A DNA stretch of 63,995 nucleotides, counting the filler, from Circinaria calcarea (taxonomy: Eukaryota): assembly GCA_051942165.1 (NCBI GenBank). It is 4 parts of 4 records of this genome, joined end to end, with 100 filler letters (N's around TTAATTAATTAA, not from the genome) between each part and the next. Parts side by side here need not be neighbours in the genome. Positions count along the whole stretch, not along the records: positions 16,697 to 33,273 come from JAVECS010000314.1; positions 33,374 to 49,949 come from JAVECS010000315.1; 2 more parts are not named here. The stretch is one strand, 5' to 3'. The notes under the pieces are model-generated. The model did not search any database and had not been told where the DNA came from. It saw only the letters and a program-made list of their open reading frames with translations. Each line of letters starts with the position of its first letter. Position 1 is the stretch's first letter. Below, one piece after another: positions 25,352-39,619 of this stretch. The position numbers and the translations under genes are program-made.

Positions 25352-28300
25352 ATGCAGAGGTTGAGCAATATCACCGGCCAGGCTCGACATGGATGGGACA
25401 AGATGACACCCGCTGCCTTTGGCATGGGCAGGTCAAATGCCGAACATCATAGTCCCATCCCACCACCATCCATCAAGCGCTCATTGGCTACGGCTCCAAT
25501 GTCTCCTCTCACGGCGACCGAGACCATGGTCAACCTCTCCTTTAACATCCCCTTTGCATCGAATCTGCCTGGTCCGGACGCCGATGAGGTGCTGCATGCA
25601 AGTCCCGGAGCTTTTCAGCGGTGGACGCACCCGGAAGGTACGGAAGAAGGTATACCAACGCACAGGCTGCCTGTACATACCCAGAACGTGGAGGCGCTGA
25701 GGAAACTGTGCAAAAGCTTGAGTGATGGCAGCGGAGGCCGGTTGGAGGCTGCCGTCACATCCTCGGAACCAAAGCCCATACCGGCCTTGCAACGGCGGCC
25801 TCTGAAGGGCCTTGTGACAAACGTTTGTGTTTCTGGCGACGCGGATATTGTGCATAAGATGAGGGCAAAAATCTTGAATGAGACGCCAATTGCTTTGGTA
25901 GGTGATCCTGCGAGGCTGAGGCACGACCAAAAGGTGCTGAACCAAGTTGGGTAGAAATGTGCGATTGTAGATATCGACACCCATCATGTCATCGATTCGA
26001 GTCAGCATGGTGTCAAGATCAGTGTACTGGAGCATATCGACATCATTGCAAAATTCACCGGTACCGACATTTTCCTGCTCAACTCCAAGAAGACCGAGGT
26101 GGAAGGCGCAAATGCCAATCATGCCAACGGCACGGATCAAAGCCTCGACCAAAGACTGCGTATCGCTATATATGGTGACCCCGAAAGCTCCGAGCACGCA
26201 AAGACACGAGTCCTGATCATGATCGACCAAATAGTAAGATTGAATCCATGCCAGCACGCAGCACAACGGTTATTGACTTTGTAACCTAGCTAAAACGAGA
26301 AGTTGATGTGATGAAACTTGAACTTTCCCTTCACACAATCATCTGTGGTCGAACAAGAAAGAATATCAGATTAATCGAGTCTGCCTCGAACACTGCGATC
26401 TACTTTCCTCCGCCATTCCCTCGCATCTATGGTTATACCCCTCCCGGCGGCCACAAGAGGGGAGAGGACGAAGTTTACATCACTGGGAAAAGTCAGGAGA
26501 ACATTGTCCACGCAAAGAAGAAGCTCCACGAGCTTGTGATGAACACCAAGTGCTACGTTAAGGATGTGATGGTTTCAGCGAACAAAATCGACAGTATACT
26601 ACTTGATCGTTTGGACAAGGTCCGTAAAGTTATGGAGCTGAATGGATCATATGTTTTGTTTCCTCCCCTTGGGAGCCAACGGGGTGTCATAAGAGTCCAA
26701 GGGACGGAGATCTTACACGTCGAGAGAACCGTCCGAGAGATCATGGCATTGGTAATCCTTCCATTGTTACCTCCCGTTAACCATTCGACTAACGAAAATC
26801 AGGCTGGTCAATTTTACAGCGCTTCATGGTGGATACTACATCCAGACCCAGCTCAAGGAAGTTCGATGCGGGCTCCCTCCCCGGCGGACATCCGTACTAT
26901 GCTGTCTGACATTTGCACCAATTCGGGGGCTGATGTTAGCTTTGAGAAGTTCAACTTTAATATTAATGGATCCGATGATGCGGTCAAAGCAGCCATGATG
27001 GTCATCTACCAGATTCCCTTTGTCAAACGGTCAAATTATCAAATGAGGGTCAAGATCGAGCTTGCAAACGAGCACAAGGAATTCGTGAGCGGTAAGAAGA
27101 ACGGAAAGATAAACAAGATCATGGGTCAAAGTAAAGTGTCCCTGTGCTTCCGAGGGGACACTGAGAGTTAATGATCGATTAGGCAACGTTCAGATTATCT
27201 TTGACGGCTTCAACGAATACAACTTCTACATTGACGTATGCGGAGCACAGTACGAGGCTACGAAGAATGGCCTCGACCTCGTTGAGCAAGAAATGCCCGC
27301 TTCAATCTCCTTCCATGTACCGGACCAATATCACAAGCGGATCATTGGCATTGGAGGTCAACACATTCAGCGGATCATGAAGAAGTACTCTGTCTTCGTC
27401 AAGTTCTCCAACGCGATGGATCGTGGTGGCATTGGCAAAGAAGACGATGATATCAAGGTCGATAATGTCATCTGTCGCACTCCTGCCCGTAATGCTCAGA
27501 GCCTTGACATGGTGAAGCAGGAGATTATGGACATGGTGGAGAAAGTGGTATGTGAACCCGCAGATCTTGACGATGGGTCTTCCACATCCACCCTTGAGGC
27601 GTCTACGTCAATCTGACCAGCTCGCGGTGTTGCAAAGGATGCGGAGTTCGTTTCGGAAACGGTTGTCATCAATCGCCTGTATCATAGAGAACTGATCGCT
27701 CAAATGACCAAACTCGACGAGCTTGAAAAGAAATGGAACTGCAAAATCGATTTTCCGAGTACAGAAATGGCCAGTGATGTAGTGACGATTTCGGGACCTG
27801 AGTACCAGGTCCCTCAGGCACTCGATGAGTTCTTGGTATAGATTTACGTTCTCTTCTGTGGCCACTGTTGATCACTGACCGCTTTCATATTCAGGGCATG
27901 GTGCCGGAAAGCCATGAGATTGTTCTGCCAGGAACTCCGCAGCTCAGAGACTTCTTCAACTCCAAAGATTTCGAAGATGAAGTGCGTCATAAGCTCAAAG
28001 CGCAATACGAAGTCAAGTTGTTCATCCGTGACGATGCTCAACCCATCGATGATGCCACGTCCACGACCGAAGAACGTCTACTGCTCTGCTACACTCGTAA
28101 CAATGCCGGTGGTCTCAAAGATGCAATCGATTTTCTAATATCTCGGCTTGTCCCCCATGGTCTAGACGCCGCAACCGTGAAAGGTGCAATTCCTCGACCC
28201 AAGTCGGATTCTTTCGAAGAGTCTTTACCGTTCTTCAACTCAAAGCTACTACAGAATGCACCAGCTCCTCTCTGTACAGATTCGCCTACTCGCTCCACCT

Positions 28301-28701
28301 TTGGTGATGATAGTAGCGAGCGCGGGTCGTTGTTCGATAAGCTGCGTAAGCCTGGCAGCATCTCGTCCATCTCTTCTTTTCTCGATCGCCGCAAGAATCA
28401 ATCCGGCTCTCCCGGCTCCTTCTTCAAGCATGCTTCCAGTAATGCTTCCAAGGCCTCCCTCGTCTCCATGGAGTCACGTGACAGTGGTTATCGTAATGTA
28501 TGGAATGATAGCGGAATCAACCTAGCCGATGATGAGACCAACAACGGATGGCCTCTACGGTTCGATAATAAAGCTTCTTTCACCACCATGCCTGGCGACT
28601 CGACCCCGAAACATGAACCCAGGCCTTCTTTCGATAGCGGGCGTCCGGCTTCTTCCTATTCTCTCAATGGATATCCCGGCCCGATTGGGCCTCCTCGTTG
28701 A
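25352..28701 (+). CDS. Multi-KH-domain RNA-binding protein, Khd4/Mug60-like, about 7 exons
   Basis: KH motifs HTIICGRTRKNI, HKEFVSGKKNGKINKIM and HKRIIGIGGQHIQRIMKKYSVFVKFSN; also DNVICRTPARNA and IPRPKSDSFE. The ORF pieces are joined by GT-AG introns. The start codon is tentative. Confidence 0.85.
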
Positions 28702-29124
28702 ATGAAAACATTACTCTGGCGCTGGACAAAGAACAGGCAATATTTGGGGTTTTTTAAACTTGCTTGGGACTCTGTTATGATGCGCAAAGAAATACCCCTT
28801 GAAGCTCTGCTGCGAAAAAGCGTACGGTTTCTTTGGCCGTTTCTGAGACTGGCTTGTCAGTTTCTTTTCCCTTTGTTTTCGAACGTCCTTTGGTATGGAT
28901 CATGCAAAACAAGATATACCCTTTGTTTAGAAGAGCAAGCGAGATGCCTTTTTTACGAGTGTGTGGTTTAGTTGTCCTTTTTCTTGTACTCGAGATATCC
29001 CAGAATGCAATACAGTATGCCTGTCTTTAATCTAAACTTCCTGTGGAGTGCTGTAGGTGCTGTGATCTATACCAATACGTTTGTCGACTCGCTGGATAGA
29101 GAACAACGTAGTCGAGGGGTCCCA

Positions 29125-29154
29125 AACGAGGCAGAACGAGGCAGAACGAGGCAG
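29125..29154. repeat. 10-bp tandem repeat x3 (AACGAGGCAG)
   Basis: Directly visible upstream of the NACHT gene. Confidence 0.9.
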
Positions 29155-29318
29155 AGTCATACTGTAATTGCGCACGAGCTGCGCCTCTATCCCTCAATAG
29201 GCCCTACCTTCACGCTATAATGAGAGTCTCAACTCTTCTTTTAAACAGAGAATATTCTAGTAATCAGTGTAACTATGGACCGTTGATAGTAAGGTTTAAA
29301 GGAGCGGATTAGTGCAAG

Positions 29319-32300
29319 ATGAGTTTACCAAGGTGCACACCGCCCATTCCGGGAATTTACCTCGATCTGGCGGGGAAGCTCATGCTTGATACTTCGTACT
29401 AACTTCTAAAAAGCCCCGGAAGCCAGATCCTAGTCGAAGCTCGCGATCAATTCTTGGCCTCTCTTTCCGACGGTGAGAGGGCATCGTTTTCGAAATGCTC
29501 TTCAATAGAGGAATTCCTGCTCGATGTCGGGAAGCTCGAGGTCATCTCGACGCCGAAGCGTCGCGGGGCCAAATTCTTGACACAGATCAAGAGGCTCAGT
29601 GACAGGTTGCAGCCATGCTTCAAAGGGCTGGATCTCCTTGCCCAATCCGATCAATGGTCTGCGATTGCGTGGGGAGTGTTCCGCTTGGTGTTACAGCTGG
29701 CCAGCAATTATGTGGTCTTCTTTGAAAAGTTGACCAAGGTCATCGAGCGCGTGGCTGCCGCCTTACCGCAGTATGAACAATTCATGGAGATCTTTGGCAG
29801 CGGAGCATCGGAGAGATTGAAAACATCCCTCTGCCAAGTTTATGTTGACTTGTTCGAGTTTTTCGAAGGTGTTGCCCGAGTTTTCACCAAAAAGAATGGC
29901 AGTAAATACTTCTTCCCATCGAGCTTCATTCATTTGCTAACGCAAAGTAAGCGGTTAAAAGAACACCGGTGGTCATCGGGGAACTCTTTTGGAAGCCCTT
30001 TGACTCCCGTTTCCAAGACACGCTCGACAAATTTGAGTTCCACCAGGAACTTGTGAAAGGAGAAGTGACGCTGAGTCATTACAAGCTGTCACAGGACGCT
30101 AGAGAGGCGGAGGCAGAAGAACGACAGGAGGCTGCAAGCACTAGAGAACAAATTCGAAGGAGTCAAATTCGTGTCGAGGAGGCGAACGTACTGGCGGATG
30201 AGGAACGCAAGGGTAAGCTGCTTCTCCTATACTGATGACATGGACCTATCTTATCACTATGCAGAACACTCATTCCATCGCATGAAAGCGTGGCTTGCGC
30301 CAACGGCATTCATGCAAGAACTGGAGCATGCGCAAGAACTACGAGAGGAGGACACAGCAGAGTGGGTATTCGACGAGCCCAATTTCGTCAGGTGGAAGAC
30401 TTTCGACTCCGCTTCTGAACTTCAGTCTAACCGTGCAAAGCCAAATAATGGTACCCTTTGGATTCATGGTAGGCTGTCACGGTCTCCAGATTGAAAGAAG
30501 TTAACATCGCCAAGGTAATCCTGGATGCGGGAAGACTGTTCTGGCAGGCTCCATCGTGGAGGAGCTTAGAACAATGGAGGGTAATGACGCACACTCGAGA
30601 GTTGTTCTCTGCTACTTCTTTTTTAATCGGAATGACCCCATGTCTACCATTAGCATCAGCGCGCTGAGACCCATCACAGCGCAGATCCTGCAGCAATCTC
30701 GCCAGGATAACAATTTACTTGACAAAATCTCATTCTCGATGGCTGATATGACTGGAGGCCAAATGGTAGCATCTCAGAGCGAACTGGTCGAGCTACTGCG
30801 TGTTTGTCTACAATGCCTGCCCAAGGTCTATATCGTGCTCGATGCGATTGACGAATGCGAAGACAACCAAGCTCTCATTCGGAACTTATCTAAGACCTCT
30901 ATAGGCTCCTCGGCCAAGATCCTATTCCTCAGTCGCCCCAACGTTGCGAGTCTACGGACAGCTGTTACAGACGACTGCCGTGTTACTATCGACGAACAAG
31001 GCATTCGTCGTGACATTGAGCTTTATCTCTCGCGCAAGATAGACCTTCTGCTTAGTGAGGGTCTCCTTTGCGAGACATCCGCAAAAGCGGAGCTTCTTGC
31101 ACATCTTGTACTTGGCGCAGATGGAATGTTTTTATGGGCTCGACTTATGGTCGTATACCTGAATTCTCCAGGGCTTACACGCGCACAGCGTTTACGAACC
31201 TTTAAGGAAGTCAAATTACCAGAAGGACTTGATGCTATGTATAAGAGGATTTTGAGCCTTATTGGTAGGGCCAGCAGCGCAGAGCAAGACCTAGCGAGAA
31301 AAGTCTTTCTATGGCTATCCAACGCTAAATCGGAGTTGAATAAAAGGGAACTTTGCGAAGCAGTCACTACAGTTAACGAAGCAAACGACGACAATGAACG
31401 AGAGTACGGAGACTTCGAACATGCTGTTGTGATGTCATGTGCTGGTCTCGTAGAATCAACCCGTTCGGATAGTACTAGGTCTCAAGGCTACTTTCGGTAT
31501 ATTCATTTGTCAGTACAGGAGTACTTTTCATCTTACTTCTGTTCTACGAGACACCAACAATGTCAGGAACTATCGAACTTAGGCTCCTTAGTTTCAGCGA
31601 GAGGAGAGGCTCACATGGAGATGGCAAGAAGCTGTTTGTTTTATCTCACCTATCGAACACCAGCACAACCTCTTTCTGGAAAGCTGGGTACGAAAAGCTC
31701 ACCTCATCTTCTAGACCAGAATTTTCCGTTCTTACGTTATGCCTCGCTCCACTGGATATATCATCTCCATGAGATAAGCATCATCCTTAAAGACCTCGAT
31801 AGCAGTGAGGCGAAATTATACGAAACGACGTTACAGAATGTAGACAATCTCTTGTCAAGTTTCATCTCGAAAAGATTTGTGGTAATGGCCTGGATCGAAG
31901 CGCGCTACACCTTCACTTATGGAGGGCATGGTACGTCAATTGATAACACAGGACTTCGAGAATGGTCTGTATGCTCAGAGAGCAAACCAGTCGGCAGAGA
32001 TGAATATGATAACCAAAAGCTCTCCCAAGACGTAATGGATTTTTATCGAGACCTTTTAAGAATACACGATGAATGGGGGGTAACCTTATATACACACCCT
32101 GATGAGATTTGGGGTTCAATTGCCGCTTTCACGCCTAGTCGGTTTCTTGCACCAAACTCTTCTACAACTGTCAGTTCACTAGTCCCGAAACCCTTAGAGG
32201 GAACCACGTATAGCAGTTCTCCTTTGTGTACGATTTCGCAAGGTTCCTCGAGCGGTGCCGAACTTGCAGTGCTTAGTGTGTGGCCTTCTCGGTAGGTCTC

Positions 32301-33273
32301 TTCAATTAGAATCGCTCGCTTGATAGTCTCGCATCTAACCAACTTTAATAGGGCATACGAAAGGGTGTGGCAGTGTCTTAAATCAGCTGGTTCGTGCTTC
32401 ATTCTGAAGCCAGTCTGCTCTGGATGGGTAGTACGGTATGAGATCTGGACCGTAGAAGGAGAACCGTGTCGCCTTCAAGACCTTTATATTCCTTTGGACA
32501 AGTCCGAGGTCTGGATGCAGGTGCGTCAATCTACGCGACAACAAATCTCTGGCTCATGGAGAATGCAATTTCCGATAACTATCAGCAACAATGTTAGCCT
32601 CTTTGCAGTATTGCGAACAATATTCATCGTGAGACGAGATGAAGGGGAAGTCAGCACAGAGCTGGCGTACGCATACGCTGTTTTACCATTGGGTTTTCAC
32701 GAAAAGCTACAGTATAATTGGTCAGATAACAAGATGGGTTTCGGCCCAGTGAAACACATGGGCCAATCAGCGTTACATCAGATTGGGACTCATAGTATTT
32801 ACGAGTACAGTCTAAAGTTTGCGCTCAGTGGTGAGTATCTTATCTTTAGAGATGCATTCATAATCGCGGTGTTCAAGGTACAAACAACGCATAACAGGTT
32901 TAATGTCGTTCTTTACCGTCATATTATATCGAAGAATGACGGATTTCTTCTTGGTGTTGGAAAATTCGCCATGCATCCTTATTTACCCGTTGTGGTTTTT
33001 GGAACTCCGTACGCAGTAACCCTTTGGAAGCTTGAGCCCGGTGAGTTGTAATGTCTCATAGCACAAGGTTAAACAGGATAGCTAAAGCTTGATCTGGTAG
33101 AAGAAGAAACGGCCGAAGTCTCGGAATCAGGTATTCGCGCACATAGCATACAAGCTCTTAGCTTCTCTCAGTGTGGCGGACACCTCGTGGTAACCTTTCC
33201 TGACAATACCTTCCCGTCTATCCAGGATCTTCAGCACAATCCATTACTTCAGTCAGCTGAAGCATGGTACAAA
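29319..33273 (+). CDS. NACHT-domain (STAND/NLR-like) protein with helical N-terminal domain; 3'-truncated
   Basis: Walker A WIHG-NPGCGKT (split by an intron at about 30468-30513), CYFFF, Walker B YIVLDAIDEC, ILFLSRP, ADGMFLWARL, LPEGLDAMYKRIL, YIHLSVQEY and FLRYASLHW. The N-terminus has AIAWGVFRLVLQLA. Confidence 0.9.
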
Positions 33274-33373
33274 NNNNNNNNNNNNNNNNNNNNNNNNNNN
33301 NNNNNNNNNNNNNNNNNTTAATTAATTAANNNNNNNNNNNNNNNNNNNNNNNNNNNNNNNNNNNNNNNNNNNN
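33274..33373. other. Artificial contig linker
   Basis: 44N-TTAATTAATTAA-44N. Confidence 0.98.
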
Positions 33374-36300
33374 AATCCGATCGGGAAAGGTGAGTCGAGC
33401 AAGATTAACCGGTCGACCCGCTCACCCTGTCGAAGTAACTCCTGTGCAGCATCGTAGGCGCAAATGCCACCAGCCGACCATCCACCGAGAGAATAAGGTC
33501 CCTTGGGTTGGCGATGACGAATCTCAGCGAGATATGGAACCGTTAACTCGCCAAGGCCGCATTTCAAATCTTGGGGCTTCTTCATGTACGGACAGTTGAG
33601 GCCATAAACGACGACATCGGGGTCAACTTTTGGGAGAGTAGCGTATGATGTTGCAGATCCCGATCCGTCAGGAAAGAGGAACAACTTCTTTCGAGCGATT
33701 TTGGGATTACCTTGGAGTAGGATTGATGATGCGGGAGGTAATTCTTTACTTATCGACTTCTTGGGTACCGATGGAGGAGATATCCTTTCGGGTCTGGAAG
33801 GAACTGCAGCGGCCTTGGGTTTGACACCTAGAGTAGCTTCAATGGCATTCATAGTGGTGTGTTCCGCGAAAAAGTCTGAAGGTAGATCAATGTCCAACGT
33901 CTCCCGTAACTTTCCCAGTACAGTCAACGACAGGAGCGAATCCATTCCCAAAGATGCCAAATCGGAAGTCCCTGTAAGTTCTTCCACAGCTACTCCAATC
34001 TCTTCCGCAAGAGTTAACCGAATAGCGGCAATGGTGTCTGTTTCGTCATCCTCGACAGATGTGGCACTTTCATCGTCAGCGAATTCAGATCCGGTTTCCG
34101 GAGTCCCCTCAGCATCAGACGATTCGAGACTCGAGGCCTCGGCAGATTCCAATGAATCATCTTCATCGGCTGAATTGCGCGAAAAGAAGAGCTTCAGGTC
34201 CTTGACGGTGGGACACTCGGAAAAGAGCGAAGACTCCACGTCCATGTCAAACTCCTCACGGAATTTTCCAGAAATGGTCAGACTCAAGAGAGAATCAACA
34301 CCGAAATCTGCAAACGCGCTTTCATCGGATAAATCGGATGTCGCAACTCCAATCTCTTCTGCCACGATGGCAAGAGCACGGCCCATTATGGCAGACTCAT
34401 TCGACTTCTTGGGAGCAGAAACAAGTGAGGAAGATCTGAATACTTGTGCTGCAGCCGGCTTGGCCAACTTTTGACGAAGCGCAGGGGCGGGTGCTGATTG
34501 ACTAGGTGTCGGTTTCGTGACTGGACTTGGGCTGGATTTGGAGGCGCCGGCCGGCGGAAGAATGCTATTGAGGATGTGGCGTGGAACGCCTTGGAACTAT
34601 GTGATATTAGAATGATTGGATAGTAATGAGGACGAAAATCGTGCTTACCTTGATCCCTCCATAGACAGCAACTATAACATCTTCTTCAAAGATGTAAACA
34701 TCACCAACGTACATTGTTCCAGTCGATTTCTGCATCTTCACATAACTCCGGTAGTTCTTGTCAAAGGAGAATTTCTTCGAACACCGCAATGAATCCCAGC
34801 CATGATTCACAAAGACGTGAGACTTGGAGTCAACTGCATCGTTGGCATTCATGGTGAAACCCGATACTTGGCCAACGCTATCAATCCAGTATGGATTTTG
34901 GTAGAAGTCTCCATCTTTTTCGGTTGCTTGCAAGACCACACGCGCAGTAGCTTCGAGTGCCGCACTGTCAAGAACCACCTCTTCAAGACCTTTATACTTC
35001 TGATCATACTCGACCAATGCGCCGAACAATTTGTAAGCCATTCCCCGCTTAATCTTATGAGTCTTTCCTCCATCCACACCCTGTTCCAAAGAATTGATGC
35101 GGCCCTTGATGAGATATGTATTGCGTTTCCACTCCTCTACCCAGGCATTACCATCGGCGTATTTGAGTATACAGTTGGCATGATCAATGATCTTCTGTCC
35201 TTGTGCGGTTACACTGTAATATCGAAGCGCGACGCTTGCTGATGCCCAGTCGGCGGTGGCGGAGACTCTGAGTAGTTGTGTTCCTTGGTTTTTGGCGATA
35301 AAAGGCTTCTCAACAGTCATGCTGCTAACATCCATCGCCGTATGCTTCAACGCAGGTTTAAACTGCGTCAACATGTAGTCACCAATGGTCAAGGCAATAT
35401 CGGCATAAACGGACTGAAACCATGTTAGCCATGATATCTAAGATTGACTGATAAACACAGGTACGTACCGAAGAACAAAGAGCTGCTCCGTTGACTTTGT
35501 GACCTTGGAAGGTAGCATTCAAGTGGGGCACTGATATATCTGACTCTATGACAATTGTCGCCTTGTTCTTCTCCACATGTTCCTCGATCACACGTTGTAC
35601 CGAAGAAGTCGACAGTCTCGAAGTAACAACCTCAGGCATAGTGAGAGCAGGAGGCATTCCTTTGGTAAGGCACCAATCGTGAACGTATTGTATCCAGTGG
35701 TTTTTGTAGTCCCAGCAATAAGCAGGAAGCTGGAGGACATTGTGAGAAGCACTAAAATCCCAGTGATATTCACTCCATTGGATCTCAGCACCTGCCGCAT
35801 GTAATGAGGCAAGACTCCCTGTAAGTATCTTCCAGGTATCTTCATCGCGTTTGAGGGAAGGAAGTGTAACAACCTTAGGACCAATGGTTGCCTTAATCAT
35901 GCCGGAGCACACTGGATGTGATCCGATCTCAACCCACATGGTGCTATCAGTTATCACCTTCATGTTTTTGGCGGCCTTGATTCCCCCCAGGAAGTCTACT
36001 GCTTCCCGACAATGACGACTAAGATAGGCAGGACCGACCGTGCCAGCTTCAGTAATCACTTTGGCCAGTAAGGGTGAGATGATGGGTATCGAGGGCTTGC
36101 CAAAGGTGATACCTTTAGCTGATGCTTCGAAGTCCTCCAAGATCGGATGTACTTGCGCAGAATGAAATGCAAAAGGAACCTTGAGTTTCATGGATTTCAC
36201 ACCATGAGCGGTAAGATTGTCCGATAACGTATCGATCTGAAGATTCTCTCCACTAATGACGGTATCTTCCGGGGCATTGACACAGGCAATTTCTGATGAC

Positions 36301-39300
36301 TTTCCATCGACATAAGCCGTCATCGTCGAGTGAGAAGCCTTCACTGCAAGCATAGTGTGAGTTCCCGTGGTGCACTGCTCTTGAAGTAACTGAGCTCGCT
36401 TTCCAGTCAGATAGATTGTGTCACTGGCCGACAATACTCCAGCAACATTGAGAGCAGCATACTCTCCGAGGCTATGGCCAATCACGACAGTCGGCTGTAC
36501 TCCCCAAGAGATCCACAACCTAGCTAGTGCCATCTGTAAGCAGGTAGTACCAAGCTGTACGACCAACGGGGAGAGCTCTTTGATATCAGGTACACTCCCG
36601 TCGATCAGAGGCTGGATAGAGGGGAACCCTTGGCTTTGACCAATGCTATCGAAGCGTCTAATATCGGATGTGAACTGTGAGAAGTTCTCGAAAAGCTGCT
36701 TGCCCATGGCAATGTACTGGGATCCTTGACCTGTGAAAGCAAACGCAACACTTGGTCCTGCGGGAGGTGCCACGGTAATCCCATCACAAATGCCCGGTAC
36801 CTCGAGCCGTTCTTTGATCATCTTTAGACTCGAACCATTGACGATTACACGGTGGTTGTGATGCATACGTCGCGCTGTCGTCGTATAGGACAAACTGGAT
36901 AATGGTATACCCGGGTTGTTTCCGATAAAATCTGATAAGGCTTTGACATTATTCTTGAGTGATGGAATGGATTTTGCAGAGATAGCCACAAGGTGCATAG
37001 AGCGAGGGTCTCGATCAGGTCTGGCAACATGTGCAGGTGCATCCTCCATCAAAAGTGCAGTATTACCGCCGGCTGCGCTGAAGTTGTTCAGGAATACTTT
37101 CCGCTTCTCCCCTTCAGGCCGAACCCATGGTGTGGGCTTCATTGCAATGTGCACGTTTCGCTGCGTAAGGTCGGTGGGGAAGTTATGATTGATTTTGGTC
37201 TTGATCCCGCAGTGCGGCGGAATGATACTCTTTTCCATCATCTTCAGGACCTTGATTAGGGATGTGACACCCGATGCCGATTCTCCATGTCCAATATTGG
37301 ACTTTGCCGAACCAAGATGCAACGACTGCTGGGGCCCACGATTGCGTCGCTTGGGAGCAAATACATCCAGAACCGAAGACATTCTATACAACCGTGTTAG
37401 ATCACATACACCAATAAGCGCAAAAAGCTGGGACGGTGGACTTACTCAACAGCGTCACCTGCTTGTGTACCTGTCCCATGCATCTCAATGTAACTGATGT
37501 CCAATGGATCAAGGTTGGCTGCGTTGATCATCTTGTCGAATATGAATGATTGGGCTCCGACGTGCGGTCGAGTCATTGACACTGCCTCGGCCGAATGATT
37601 AGTGTAAGCGCCCAAAATGACACCCTGGATAGGATCATTGTCCGCTTCGGCGTCCTCTAGTCGTTTGAGAACGACTGTTCCTACACCGTCTGCTCTGCAA
37701 TAACCGTCTGCACCATCATCGAAAGTTTTGCAGTTGCCGGTCTTTGACAAGAAATGGCCTCGATCCAAACCAGCAAAGTTATCAGGATTCGTCAGTATAT
37801 TTGTGCCTCCAGCGAGGGCAGTGTCACAATCCCCTTTCCAAAGAGAATTACAAGCCAAATGAATTGCGGCTAGACTTGATGAACAAGCTGTGTCGACACT
37901 GTAACTCGGTCCGCTGAACTTGAAATGGTAGTTGATACGGCCTGGAGTGAAAGCCCGGTTTCCACCGGGAATGAAGTATGTATCAATGTTCTGCCCGCTG
38001 TTGACTTCTCTCCAATCGTCACTCGTCATTCCATAGAAAATCCCGACACGATCTCGCTGCGTAGAAGGGGTTCTGTTGGGAACGAAGCCGGACATCTCTA
38101 GCGCTTCGTATGCGGTGAGAATTGCTAAACGTTGCGCCGGATCGGCCTGAGACGCTTCCCTCGGGGACATATTGAAGAACCTAGCATCGAAGAGTCCAGG
38201 ATTCTCAATGAAACAACCATACGGTGTCGAGCTGGTATTTCGGTTCTTGCCTGTCGGATCAACATGAGTTTTGACATCGAAACGGTCTTTCGGAATTTCT
38301 CTGTGAACATCGAGACCCTTGTACAATAAGTCCCAAAAGAGTTCGGTGCTCGCCGCTTCAGGAAACCTTCCTGATAAACCAACAATGGCAATTTTCGATT
38401 GTTCTGGCCGACCAGTGGGAGGCTGTACCTTGATGTTGCTGCCTGTATTTGTAATCGCATCGTCAAGCTCGACTTGCACATTGCCGGTTTGTCTAATGGC
38501 TGATACCAGACCCTGCGACGCACTGCAGGCCACTGGGATAACCTTGCATTGTGAACTGTTGGAGGATCTTAGAGCCGACGTACAACCTTCGATGGTTTTA
38601 TCCAAGCAGAGCGGCTCTTGTAAGATATCTGCAAGAACAACCCGGAGAAGGGAGTTATAGTCCGGGGCATTGATCAACTTTCCAGATGCGCTCGAGATGA
38701 TGGGAAACTTGGGAATGTAAGAATTCAGTATAGCCTGTGAACTCGATCCCAGAATCGCATCGAGATCGGATTCACCATACAGATGTGCTGCATGGTAAGG
38801 AGCGTGGATCGGAACTTGAATAGGTTTGGATTCCTTGATTGCGGAAAATTGAAGTAATTGCTCGAGGACCTTTGGAGGCCCGCTGATCGTCAGACTTCTC
38901 GAGTTGATAGAACTAATATATGGTTGCGAAGCTATGGGGATTGTCTGATGATGTTAGTCCCGAGTTCTGAATAGAATCATATCAACATACCCTAGCAGAG
39001 CAAAAGTCCTTCAGAACAGTGGATGCTGTTCCCTGCTGAATGTCCGGAACAACAATTGACCAACATGCGGAAGTTCCATCGCTCAATTCTAAGCGATCCC
39101 GCACTTCTGTAGCACGGAGGCCAGTTCTAAATGCAACCAAGACTGCTTCAACTGCGGCCGGCAATAGCTCCGCTATGTTCCGAGAGCAACATATTGCTGC
39201 TGCCGCCAAAGAGCCAGTACACAGGCCAACCAAATAGGTCTCGGAAGGCAAAGGATATGTTTGTACTCCAGCGCCATAATGACTGCTTTGTGGTTAGCGT

Positions 39301-39619
39301 CACATTGATAGTGGAATAGCATTGCAGTATACCTGATGAAGGCGGCAAGTCGATGGATACAGGTAAAGGTGCTTTCTAAGGCTGGGTGGTTGCCGGATTC
39401 ACGGTATCTTGCTAGGAGATCCAAAACGCTTGTGAAACGTGGGAAAAGCTCCCGCTCGAACACCGGTAGATGTCCTATCTCGAGTTGAAGGGCATAACGG
39501 GTTCGTTCCAAAAACGACGTTAGGGAACCGTTGTCTTTGATCTGCAGGAGCCGACGGAGGCCTGCATCAAAACTGTTGGTCTGGTCTCCGAAGAGATAGA
39601 CACGAGTTGATCGCTCCAT
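33374..39619 (-). CDS. Non-reducing iterative type I polyketide synthase SAT-KS-AT-PT-ACP-ACP-TE, wA/Alb1-like; truncated in TE by contig end
   Basis: SAT YLFGDQT and GLCTG; KS DTACSSS, HGTGT and [18 protein letters not shown] and FAFHS; PT GHKVNG and WIDS; two ACPs GVDSL and [18 protein letters not shown] and GWSAGG. No KR, DH or ER domain. About 5 introns. Confidence 0.95.

Noticed and set aside
29319..39619. NACHT NLR apparently adjacent to the PKS cluster
   Set aside because: The two are separated by an artificial linker, so the adjacency is an assembly product.
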